From assembly GCA_965649115.1 (NCBI GenBank), contig CBFGJN010000026.1, positions 1-23,725 on the forward strand: a stretch of DNA of 23,725 nt. The letters are read 5' to 3'. Position numbers and translations under genes: made by a program. The notes under the pieces are model-generated. The model had not been told where the DNA came from and made no database searches. It was given only the letters and a program-made list of their open reading frames with translations. Shown piece by piece: positions 1 through 7,469 of this stretch (position 1 is its first letter; every line of letters starts with the position of its first letter). This DNA is from a candidate division WOR-3 bacterium (GTDB lineage: Bacteria > Hydrothermota > Hydrothermia > LBFQ01 > DSFT01).

Positions 1-203
1 TTAAGTTCCTTGGCACATAGGGTGACCAGTTTCCTCTAAATTTTACATTTAGTTTATGCGTAGCCCATGTCCCTCTATCAGGAAAACTCCAAACATTACT
101 AACTTCTATATCAAAATCAATAGGATTAGTGCCATTAAGTTTTATTTCTTTTCCTATTGTTTTTTCTTTTATTTTTATTATAGTCACTATAGCCAAATTC
201 CAT
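1..203 (-). CDS. 5' part of a site-specific DNA methyltransferase (N4/N6 family), running off the window; start ambiguous or frameshifted
   Basis: Manual minus-strand translation from TTG 196 gives ...IKEKTIGKEIKLNGTNPIDFDIEVSNVWSFPDRGTWATHKLNVKFRGNWSPYVPRNL, open to the window edge. VWSFPxRGxWATH...RGNWxPxxxRNL is a recognisable N-terminal signature of a DNA methylase family. The ATG at 203 is in a different frame. Confidence 0.7.
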
Positions 204-240
204 AATTTATGAAAATTTCAAGGGATAATTCTACTCGTTA

Positions 241-425
241 TCTGGAATTATTTATTTTTCTTTATTTTCCCACCCGCCCTAAATAAAAGCCTTTGGCTTT
301 AAAATACCCATATTTCGGCTTCGGGATGCTGTGTCTAGTAATTCTAAAAATATAATCATCTCTTATTTTCTCCACCCTAAATTCAAGCCTCTGTCTTAAA
401 AATTCACATTTATTACCCCCAATAA
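241..425 (+). repeat. Two tandem truncated fragments of the 205-bp MITE family
   Basis: 241-325 matches the MITE interior (ttttcccacccgccct...aaaatacccatatttcggct). 327 onward restarts with the left terminus tgctgtgtctagtaattctaaaaatat, as in the copy at 10913. Confidence 0.75.
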
Positions 426-459
426 AATCAACAGTTATTTTTATGCCTTGGAAGCTTTT

Positions 460-1272
460 CTAATCACTAACCAAAATAAAATCAATACCTAAATTTTTCA
501 ATTTGTTCTTTATTTTATTTGAAATCTCCTTTCCAATTAAAATTGGTATAACCTTTCTCTTATAAACCTTCTGTAAAATTTCTCTCCTTCTTATAACCCT
601 TTCAATATCATAATCTCCAATTTTATATGAAATCTCAATAGCAACATATACTTCCTCCTTTGTGTTTTTTAATATACCACTAATAATTAAATCTAATTCA
701 CTAACATCTTCCTCCTCTTCTTCACTAATTATCTTTTCTTCAACATATTTGTCTAATTCATCAAATAATTCACTCTTCTCTTTTATCTTACATTTTCTAA
801 GTCCAATATGTCTTCCTAAATATGAGCATATGTTTAAAAAAACTTTATGTTCTAATTGCCAACCTTTCAATTCTTGTATGCTTTTTTCATGGCTTTTTAA
901 TATTTCTTCCATTCTATCTTGTCTTTGTTTTATTTCCTCTTGCCCCTTCTCTAATGATTCAAGCCTCCTATCCACTTCTTCAAATCTTTTATCTATTTCT
1001 TCAAATCTTTTATTTACCTCACTCCTAAATTCTTCAAATTTCCTATCTACCTCGTCAAATCTCTCATTTACTTCACTTTTGAATTCCTCAAACCTTCTAT
1101 CTGACTCGTCAAATCTTTTATTTACCTCACTCCTAAATTCTTCAAACTTAATAGGTAATTCTAATAGCTCTTTTGTTAAAATTAACATTCTTAATTTTTC
1201 AAGATAGTCTGGTCTTTCTCTTAGTAAATTTAGCAAATCTTCAAATTCTTTTATGATATATTCTTTTTCCAT
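460..1272 (-). CDS. Coiled-coil repeat protein with C-terminal PD-(D/E)xK nuclease-like fold (DUF3782/paREP-like hypothetical)
   Basis: 270-aa ORF with N-terminal LRMLILTKELLELP, heptad repeats (RFEEVDRR) and C-terminal ELDLII...VAIEIS...DIERVIRRREIL...PILIG. This architecture is common in thermophile genomes. Confidence 0.7.
   Translation of the reverse strand: MEKEYIIKEFEDLLNLLRERPDYLEKLRMLILTKELLELPIKFEEFRSEVNKRFDESDRRFEEFKSEVNERFDEVDRKFEEFRSEVNKRFEEIDKRFEEVDRRLESLEKGQEEIKQRQDRMEEILKSHEKSIQELKGWQLEHKVFLNICSYLGRHIGLRKCKIKEKSELFDELDKYVEEKIISEEEEEDVSELDLIISGILKNTKEEVYVAIEISYKIGDYDIERVIRRREILQKVYKRKVIPILIGKEISNKIKNKLKNLGIDFILVSD
1001..1146. repeat. 54-bp (18-aa) coding tandem repeat, about 2.7 copies
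   Basis: tcaaatct units start at 1001, 1055 and 1109. They encode FEEF(R/K)SEVN(K/E)RFDExDR(R/K). Confidence 0.85.
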
Positions 1273-1309
1273 AGTTTTAAAAGTTTAAAGGGTAGATTAT
1301 TCTTATGCA

Positions 1310-1585
1310 TCGGGGGGCTTTACCCCTCTAAATAATTCCCCCGTAAAATCCATAATTTCCGAAAATTCTCCATAAATTATTGCTGTGTCCAATAATTCGG
1401 AAATTAAATAAGCCTTCGGCTTTAAAATCCCCCGATAAATTCAATGATTTTTAATAGATTTTTAATAAGTCTTTGATAATCAATTACTTAACGCCTTTAT
1501 TGGACAAGGCAATTGGAGGGCGTAGACCCGCATAAAATCCATTGTCTGACAAAGCAATTTTTTGGGCTTTGTCTAATAATTTTGA
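1310..1585. repeat. Cluster of degenerate MITE pieces, including a short copy with both termini (1381-1511)
   Basis: tgctgtgtccaataatt at 1381 and ttattggacaaggca ending at 1511. Further termini: gacaaagca (ends 1556) and gctttgtctaataatt (1566). A GC hairpin remnant lies at 1312-1326. Confidence 0.7.
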
Positions 1586-1683
1586 ATTGGAGGCCAAATT
1601 CCATCTTAAACTCTCCTCATCAAAATGCTATCAGTGTACTTTGCCCGCATTAAATCAAAAAATTGTGGGCTTTCAGTTAAGGA

Positions 1684-2060
1684 TTTCAACATTCTTAAAT
1701 AATTGATTATCAATAATTTAGTGAAGTTTTCCACATGTTTAAAAGCAAATTTGTGGAAATGTTGAAAAATGAAAATAGATTTCAACATTCTAAATATCTC
1801 AAAATCAATAACTTAAATTTGTTTTCAACATATTTTTAAAACAAAGAAGTTCGTTTTCAACATATAAAACTTATTGACAATCAATAACTTAATTAAGTTT
1901 TCCACAAAAGTTTTTTAAATGTATGTTGAAAAATCAGGTTATTCTTTTATCCACACAAATTTCCACATAATTTTCCACACAAAAGTTATTGACAATCAAT
2001 AATTTAATTAAGTTTTCCACATTATTATAAACTAATAATAAAAATTTTTTTATAAAGAGA
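1684..2060. other. Putative chromosomal replication origin (oriC): DnaA-box cluster, IHF-like sites and AT-rich unwinding element
   Basis: TTATCCACA at 1947. TTTTCCACA at 1727, 1898, 1971 and 2013. ATTTCCACA at 1959 and 1752 (reverse). TTTTCAACA variants at 1822, 1854, 1760 (reverse) and 1924 (reverse). An AT-rich tract with TAT/TAA triplets follows at 2022-2055. Flanking genes diverge from this region. Confidence 0.7.
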
Positions 2061-2109
2061 AGTTTTTAAAAAAGCCTTTTAAGGTTAATTTTTTATTAAA
2101 CTTTCCAAT

Positions 2110-2163
2110 GCCTAAAAATGGGTATTTTCAGGGTGGGTGGGAAAAAATAGAAATAATCATTTT
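2110..2163 (-). repeat. Internal MITE fragment, inverted, just upstream of the thi promoter
   Basis: The reverse complement atgattatttctattttttcccacccaccctgaaaatacccatttttaggc matches the interior of the 10913 copy with an internal deletion. Confidence 0.7.
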
Positions 2164-2168
2164 TTATC

Positions 2169-2184
2169 CTTTAAAATTTTCAAA
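2169..2184 (+). promoter_or_regulatory. Putative -10 box (TAAAAT) for the riboswitch-thi transcript
   Basis: ctttaaaattttcaaa, with TAAAAT at 2172-2177, ends immediately before the riboswitch P1 stem. A similar motif precedes several other genes. Confidence 0.5.
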
Positions 2185-2285
2185 CCACACCGGGGGAGCT
2201 GGGGCAACCCGGCTGAGAGGCACCCATATAGCGGGTGCGACCCTTTGAACCTGAACCGGGTAATACCGGCGTAGGGAAGGTGTGG
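2185..2285 (+). ncRNA. TPP (THI-box) riboswitch
   Basis: P1 is ccacacc (2185-2191) paired with ggtgtgg (2279-2285). Conserved elements GGGGAGC...GCTGAGAG...ACCC...GAACCTGA-CCGGGTAATACCGGCGTAGGGA are present. It lies upstream of thiamine genes. Confidence 0.96.
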
Positions 2286-2353
2286 GAGTTCCAAACTCTC
2301 ACAACTTCTCTTAAATAGTCTCCCCCGTGTGAAATATAAAAGGAGGTTAAGCT

Positions 2354-3112
2354 ATGGAAAAGTTCATTACAAAAGCGATGTTGGATAAATTTTATAAAGA
2401 TCTTTCAGAAGCAATATCTGCTGATGTTTTTGTTATTGGTGCTGGTCCTTCTGGTCTTGTTTGTGCAAGAGAGCTTGCTAAAAATGGCTTAAAGGTCTTC
2501 GTTATAGAACAGAATAACTATCTTGGTGGTGGATTCTGGATTGGTGGATATTATATGAATAGTATAACAATAAGAGAACCTGCAAATGAATTGTTTGATG
2601 AGCTTGGAATTCCTTATGAAAAAGTTCAAGATGGATTATATATCAGTTATGGACCTATTGCTTGTTCAAAACTAATATATGAAACTGCTATAAGTGGTGT
2701 TAAATTTTTACAATTAACATTCCTTGATGACTTAATAGTAAAGGATAATAAAGTTTGTGGAGTTGTTGTGAATTGGTCTCCTACGAGGGCTTTACCAAGG
2801 GCGATAACATGTGTTGATCCAATAGCACTTGAAAGTAAATTTGTTGTTGATGCTTCTGGTCATGATGCAGTCGCTGTTAAGAAACTTGCTCAAAGGAATT
2901 TGGTGGAAATGAAGGGCTTATATCCATTAAATGTTGAAGTTAGTGAAGAGAGTATTATAAAATGGACAGGTGAAGTTTATAAAGGACTTGTTGTTTGTGG
3001 TATGACTGTTGCTGAAACTTATGGTTTGAATAGAATGGGTCCGACATTCTCAGCAATGTTATTATCAGGTAAGAAGGCTGCGGAAATTATATTAAAAGAG
3101 CTAAAAAAATGA
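2354..3112 (+). CDS. thi4: Thiazole synthase Thi4 (Cys-type)
   Basis: GAGPSG dinucleotide-binding motif, LGGGFWIGG, CVDP active-site motif, DASGHDA, RMGPTFSAMLLSG. SD aggagg at 2341. Confidence 0.93.
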   Translation: MEKFITKAMLDKFYKDLSEAISADVFVIGAGPSGLVCARELAKNGLKVFVIEQNNYLGGGFWIGGYYMNSITIREPANELFDELGIPYEKVQDGLYISYGPIACSKLIYETAISGVKFLQLTFLDDLIVKDNKVCGVVVNWSPTRALPRAITCVDPIALESKFVVDASGHDAVAVKKLAQRNLVEMKGLYPLNVEVSEESIIKWTGEVYKGLVVCGMTVAETYGLNRMGPTFSAMLLSGKKAAEIILKELKK

Positions 3113-3771
3113 AATTTTCAGACGAACTTTGGCTTTCAATAGATGGAATTTTTAAAAGAATTTTAGAGCATCCATTTATAAAAGGTTTGGTTGATGGCTC
3201 CCTTGATTTGGGAGCCTTTAAGTTTTATATTATTCAAGATGCTTTATATTTAAAAGATTTTTCAAGAGGTCTTGCTATTCTTGGAGCTAAAAGTGAAGAA
3301 GATGATGATTTATTATTATTTTGCGAGCATTCAAGAAATGCTATAATTGTTGAAAGGTCACTACACGAAAGTTTCTTTAAGGATTTCTCTTTAAGCAAAG
3401 AGGATGTGTATAAAACTTCAAAAGCACCAATTAATTTACTTTATACTTCGTATTTAATAAGAATTGCTTATGAAAGACCTTATTATGAAGCAATTGGTGC
3501 ATTTTTACCTTGTTATTGGATTTATCTAGAAGTTGGAAAATTTTTAGAAAAACTTGGTTCAAAAAATGAGCTTTACCAAAGGTGGATAGACACATATTCA
3601 AGTGAGCAGTTTGAAAATTCAGTAAGAGCGGTCATTGATATTACAAATAGAATTTCAAAAAATTTAAGCAATCATCAAAAAGATAAAATTAAGGAGCATT
3701 TTATAATAACTTCAAAGTTTGAATATATGTTTTGGGATATGGGATATAAAAAGCAAACATGGGAGGTTTAA
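3109..3771 (+). CDS. tenA: Thiaminase II / aminopyrimidine aminohydrolase TenA (Cys-containing)
   Basis: HPF...GSL...FYIIQDALYL, LPCYWIY, YQRWIDTY, EYMFW. ATGA overlap with thi4. Confidence 0.93.
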   Translation: MKFSDELWLSIDGIFKRILEHPFIKGLVDGSLDLGAFKFYIIQDALYLKDFSRGLAILGAKSEEDDDLLLFCEHSRNAIIVERSLHESFFKDFSLSKEDVYKTSKAPINLLYTSYLIRIAYERPYYEAIGAFLPCYWIYLEVGKFLEKLGSKNELYQRWIDTYSSEQFENSVRAVIDITNRISKNLSNHQKDKIKEHFIITSKFEYMFWDMGYKKQTWEV

Positions 3772-3772
3772 A

Positions 3773-5092
3773 ATGACACAAATGGAATATGCCAAAAAGG
3801 GCAAGATAACGCCAGAAATGGAATATGTTGCTAAAAGTGAAGGAATAGATGTAAAGGAACTAATGGAACTTGTAAAAAATGGAGAAGTTGTTATACCTGC
3901 AAATAAAATTCATTTATCAAAGAATTTAAGAAAATTGGTAGGTATTGGTAAGAATTTAAAGACGAAAGTTAATGTGAATCTTGGAACTTCTTATGATTTT
4001 ATAAATATTGAAGAGGAAAAAGAAAAATTAAAAATATCTATCAAATATGGAGCTGATACTGTTATGGATTTATCAACGGGGGGTGATTTAAGAAAAATTA
4101 GAAAAGAACTAATGGAAATATGTGAAATTCCAATTGGGAGTGTTCCTGTATATGAAGCTGAATTTAACGCTGCAAAAGAAAAGGGTTCTATATTTGAAAT
4201 AGAAATTCACGCAAAAGATGGTATTGATTTTATGACAATCCATGCAGGTATAACATTAGAAGGTATTAGATTTATGAAGAATCAAGGAAGAACAACTTGG
4301 ATTGTTTCAAGAGGTGGAGGACTTTTAGCAGCCTGGATGCTTTTTCATAATAGAGAAAATCCTCTTTTAGAAAATTTTGATGATATTTTGGATATTTGTA
4401 AAACTTATGATATTACAATAAGTCTTGGCGATGCTTTAAGACCTGGTAGTATTGCTGATAGTTTTGATAGACCTCAAGTTCATGAATTATTAGTTCTTGG
4501 TGAATTAGTAGATAGATGTAGAAAAGCGAATGTTCAAGTTATGGTTGAAGGACCTGGACATGTGCCATTAAATGAGATTCAAGCACAAATTATTCTTCAA
4601 AAGAAAATTACAAGAAATGCTCCATTTTATGTCCTTGGGATGCTTCCTACTGACATAGCTGCTGGTTGGGATCATATTGCTGGTGCTATTGGTGGTGCCT
4701 TGGCGGGATGGTTTGGTGCTGATATGTTATGTTATTTGACACCTGCTGAACACCTTGGACTTCCTAATGTTGAACATGTAAAGGAAGGACTAATTGCCTT
4801 TAAAATAGCAGCTCATATAGCAGATATTGCAAAGGGTATTAAAAGTGCTTATGAATGGGATTTAGCAATGTCAAGAGCTAGATATTCTCTTGATTGGGAA
4901 AATCAAATAAGACTTTCTATTGATCCACAAAAAGCTAAACAAATAAGAGAAGAAAGAACTACAAAAACTGTTGCTTGTTCTATGTGTGGTCCTTTTTGCC
5001 CTATGAATTTAATAGAAAAATTTGTTGAAGATGCTAAAAAAGCAAGAGAAGAAGTAAAAGCTATTTTAGAGAAAAGCTTGAAGGAGGTTTAA
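3773..5092 (+). CDS. thiC: Phosphomethylpyrimidine synthase ThiC
   Basis: True start is probably ATG 3773 (MTQMEYAKKG, SD ggagg at 3762). Motifs: KVNVNLGTS, GADTVMDLSTGG, VSRGG, SLGDALRPG, MVEGPGH, YLTPAEHL, C-terminal CSMCGPFC. Confidence 0.95.
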   Translation: MTQMEYAKKGKITPEMEYVAKSEGIDVKELMELVKNGEVVIPANKIHLSKNLRKLVGIGKNLKTKVNVNLGTSYDFINIEEEKEKLKISIKYGADTVMDLSTGGDLRKIRKELMEICEIPIGSVPVYEAEFNAAKEKGSIFEIEIHAKDGIDFMTIHAGITLEGIRFMKNQGRTTWIVSRGGGLLAAWMLFHNRENPLLENFDDILDICKTYDITISLGDALRPGSIADSFDRPQVHELLVLGELVDRCRKANVQVMVEGPGHVPLNEIQAQIILQKKITRNAPFYVLGMLPTDIAAGWDHIAGAIGGALAGWFGADMLCYLTPAEHLGLPNVEHVKEGLIAFKIAAHIADIAKGIKSAYEWDLAMSRARYSLDWENQIRLSIDPQKAKQIREERTTKTVACSMCGPFCPMNLIEKFVEDAKKAREEVKAILEKSLKEV

Positions 5093-5094
5093 AA

Positions 5095-7164
5095 ATGATA
5101 TTTATTTTATTTGAAATAGAAGACACCTTAAAAACTTATCAACTTAAAGAAACAATTATAACTTCAAGTGCTACAAAGGACGCTCCTGTTTCATATAGTC
5201 AAATCAACGATGAAAACATATCTAAAATTTATACTTTTCAAGATGTTCCTTATTTGCTTTCAAGAACACCAAATTTATTCTTTTATTCAGATGCTGGAAA
5301 TGGCCTAAATTATAACTATATTAAAATTAGAGGATTTTCTGATAAATATATTTCTGCTTTAATAAATGATATTCCAACAAATGATATTGAAAGTGGTGAT
5401 ATTTATTGGATAGATTATCCTGATATTTTAAGTAGTGCTTCATATATTCAAGTTCAAAGAGGAACAGGCTATGCTCCTTATGGTATTTCTGCTATTGGTG
5501 GTGTTATAAATGTTGTAGGTTTTAAATTTTCAGAAATTCCAAAAACTTCTATATTTGCTGGTTATGGCTCATATAGAACATTTAGATTTACATCTGAATA
5601 CTCTTCAAATAACATATATGCAAGATTTTCAAAAATGAAGACTGATGGTTATAGAGACAAGTCTTGGAGTGATTTGTATAGCTATTATATTGCTTTAAGA
5701 AGAACTTCAAAAAATTCTATAACAACGCTTGTTTTTCAAGGTGGAAATGAATATACGCATCTTGCTTATGAAGGTATAGATACGATAACATTAAAACAAG
5801 ATAGAAAATATAATCCGTTAAATTTTGATGATGAAACTGATTTATTTTTTAGACCTCACTATGAACTTCATCAAGAAAATTTCATAGGTAATTTATATAT
5901 AAAAAATATCATCTATGCTATAGTAGGAAATGGAAGATTTAGACAAAAAAGAAGTGGTAAATGGTATGAGTACTTTTATGAATTATGGAATGATACGATT
6001 GGGGATACAAAATTCAATTTAGTTAGGGAAAGATGGGTAAATGAGAGTGATTATGGTTATATTCCAAGAATTTCTTATATTTCTGATAAGTATGAATTTT
6101 CAATAGGGGCAAATTTCATATATCACAAATCAGAACATTATGGTTTAATTTTATGGGCTGATTCTCTTCCTTCTTGTTGTAGAGAACCAAATAGAAAGTA
6201 CTATTATTATAACCTCGATAAATTTGTTGCTAATGCTTATCTTCAGTTAATTTTAAAACCTACAAATAAACTAAAAATTCTAACAACTTATTTAAATGCT
6301 TATAATCAAAGTAAATTTTACAACTATTATCCAAGAGGAATAGAATACACTGTTTCATATTTCTTTCCATCACCAAGATTCGGAATAAATTACGATGTAA
6401 ATGAAAATTTAAGTTTGTTTTTAAATACATCATTAAATTCAAGGGAACCTGGAACGAGGGAAATTTACGATGCCCAATATCCATATTGGAATGATCCAAC
6501 ATATGATTTTGAAAATTGTTCAAATAATAAATGTTCAAATCCAAGAAAAAAGCCAGAAAATGCTAGAAGTATAGAAGTGGGGACAAGATATTCAAAAGAT
6601 AGATTTAACTTTGATTTTAATGTTTATTATATGAATTTTAGAGATGCTCTTGTATTTGGAGGAAAAGTTATAGATGGTATTCCAATTTTAACAAATGCTG
6701 GTGTTGTTGAATATAAAGGAATTGAAGTTTCATTTAATTTACCAATTTATAACTTCTTAAATTTATATACTTCATTCAGTTATTCAAATAATAAGTATAT
6801 TGATTTTAAAGGAGAGGATTGGAATGGTCCATTTGATTATTCGGGAAATGTTGTTGCAGGTTATCCAAATTATTTAATTTATTTAAGTTTAGATTTTAAC
6901 TATAAGAATTTAACAGTGATTTTTGAAGAAAGAGGTGTTGGTAAGCAATTTATAGACCCTTCAAACAAATTTACAATTGAACCTTATTTTATCACAAATA
7001 CGATTTTTTATTATGAATTTAGGAACTTTCAATTAAAAGGAGGTATTTATAATGTTTTTAATAAACTTTACAATCAATTTGGATATTTAAGTGATGATAA
7101 TGAACCATTATTCATTCCCGCTGCTGAAAGAAATTTCTTTTTGGGTTTGGGAGTGAATTTTTAA
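5095..7164 (+). CDS. TonB-dependent outer-membrane receptor, probably for thiamine or a precursor
   Basis: Plug motifs (LSRTPNL, SDAGNG, IKIRGF, IQVQRG, YG..AIGGVINV), aromatic beta-strands and C-terminal RNFFLGLGVNF. It is the last gene of the TPP-regulated operon; the substrate is inferred from that context. Confidence 0.85.
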   Translation: MIFILFEIEDTLKTYQLKETIITSSATKDAPVSYSQINDENISKIYTFQDVPYLLSRTPNLFFYSDAGNGLNYNYIKIRGFSDKYISALINDIPTNDIESGDIYWIDYPDILSSASYIQVQRGTGYAPYGISAIGGVINVVGFKFSEIPKTSIFAGYGSYRTFRFTSEYSSNNIYARFSKMKTDGYRDKSWSDLYSYYIALRRTSKNSITTLVFQGGNEYTHLAYEGIDTITLKQDRKYNPLNFDDETDLFFRPHYELHQENFIGNLYIKNIIYAIVGNGRFRQKRSGKWYEYFYELWNDTIGDTKFNLVRERWVNESDYGYIPRISYISDKYEFSIGANFIYHKSEHYGLILWADSLPSCCREPNRKYYYYNLDKFVANAYLQLILKPTNKLKILTTYLNAYNQSKFYNYYPRGIEYTVSYFFPSPRFGINYDVNENLSLFLNTSLNSREPGTREIYDAQYPYWNDPTYDFENCSNNKCSNPRKKPENARSIEVGTRYSKDRFNFDFNVYYMNFRDALVFGGKVIDGIPILTNAGVVEYKGIEVSFNLPIYNFLNLYTSFSYSNNKYIDFKGEDWNGPFDYSGNVVAGYPNYLIYLSLDFNYKNLTVIFEERGVGKQFIDPSNKFTIEPYFITNTIFYYEFRNFQLKGGIYNVFNKLYNQFGYLSDDNEPLFIPAAERNFFLGLGVNF

Positions 7165-7172
7165 TTTAGAAG

Positions 7173-7377
7173 TGATGTGTCTAGTAATTCTGAAATCATT
7201 TATTTTTCTTGTTTCGCCCACACACCCTCTGTGTTCAAGACTTCGCCTTTAAAATGCCCATTTTTCGGCCTAGGGGGTTTCGCCCCCCTTAAAAACCCCT
7301 GTGAAAACTGTAATTTTCTTAAAATTTTTATAAGTTATTGGCAATCAATAACTTAACAATAATTATTGGACAAAGCA
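7173..7377 (+). mobile_element. 205-bp MITE, full copy with probable target-site duplication
   Basis: Termini tgatgtgtctagtaatt and aattattggacaaagca form an imperfect IR. Same length as the copy at 10913-11117. atttagaa occurs on both flanks (7164-7171 and 7378-7385). Confidence 0.8.
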
Positions 7378-7469
7378 ATTTAGAATTAATTTATTGGGGG
7401 CAAAGCCCTCCAAGGCAAAATTTGGGATATTTAGAAGCCGATAGGTAAAGAATAGAAACAATTATATTT

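Noticed and set aside
662..1207. Plus-strand 181-aa and 68-aa ORFs
   Set aside because: Ser/Leu-rich antisense shadows of the Glu/Lys-rich minus-strand gene.
1606..1788. 60-aa minus-strand ORF
   Set aside because: Overlaps the DnaA-box/IHF repeat cluster, has no SD and no recognisable motif.
1696..2021. Repeats in the DnaA-box region as a degenerate CRISPR array or plasmid iterons
   Set aside because: Spacing is irregular (76-115 bp), the units contain DnaA boxes, and no rep or cas gene is adjacent.
3719..3772. Longer thiC start from the ORF track
   Set aside because: Overlaps tenA by 53 nt. ATG 3773 has an SD and the typical MTQ start.
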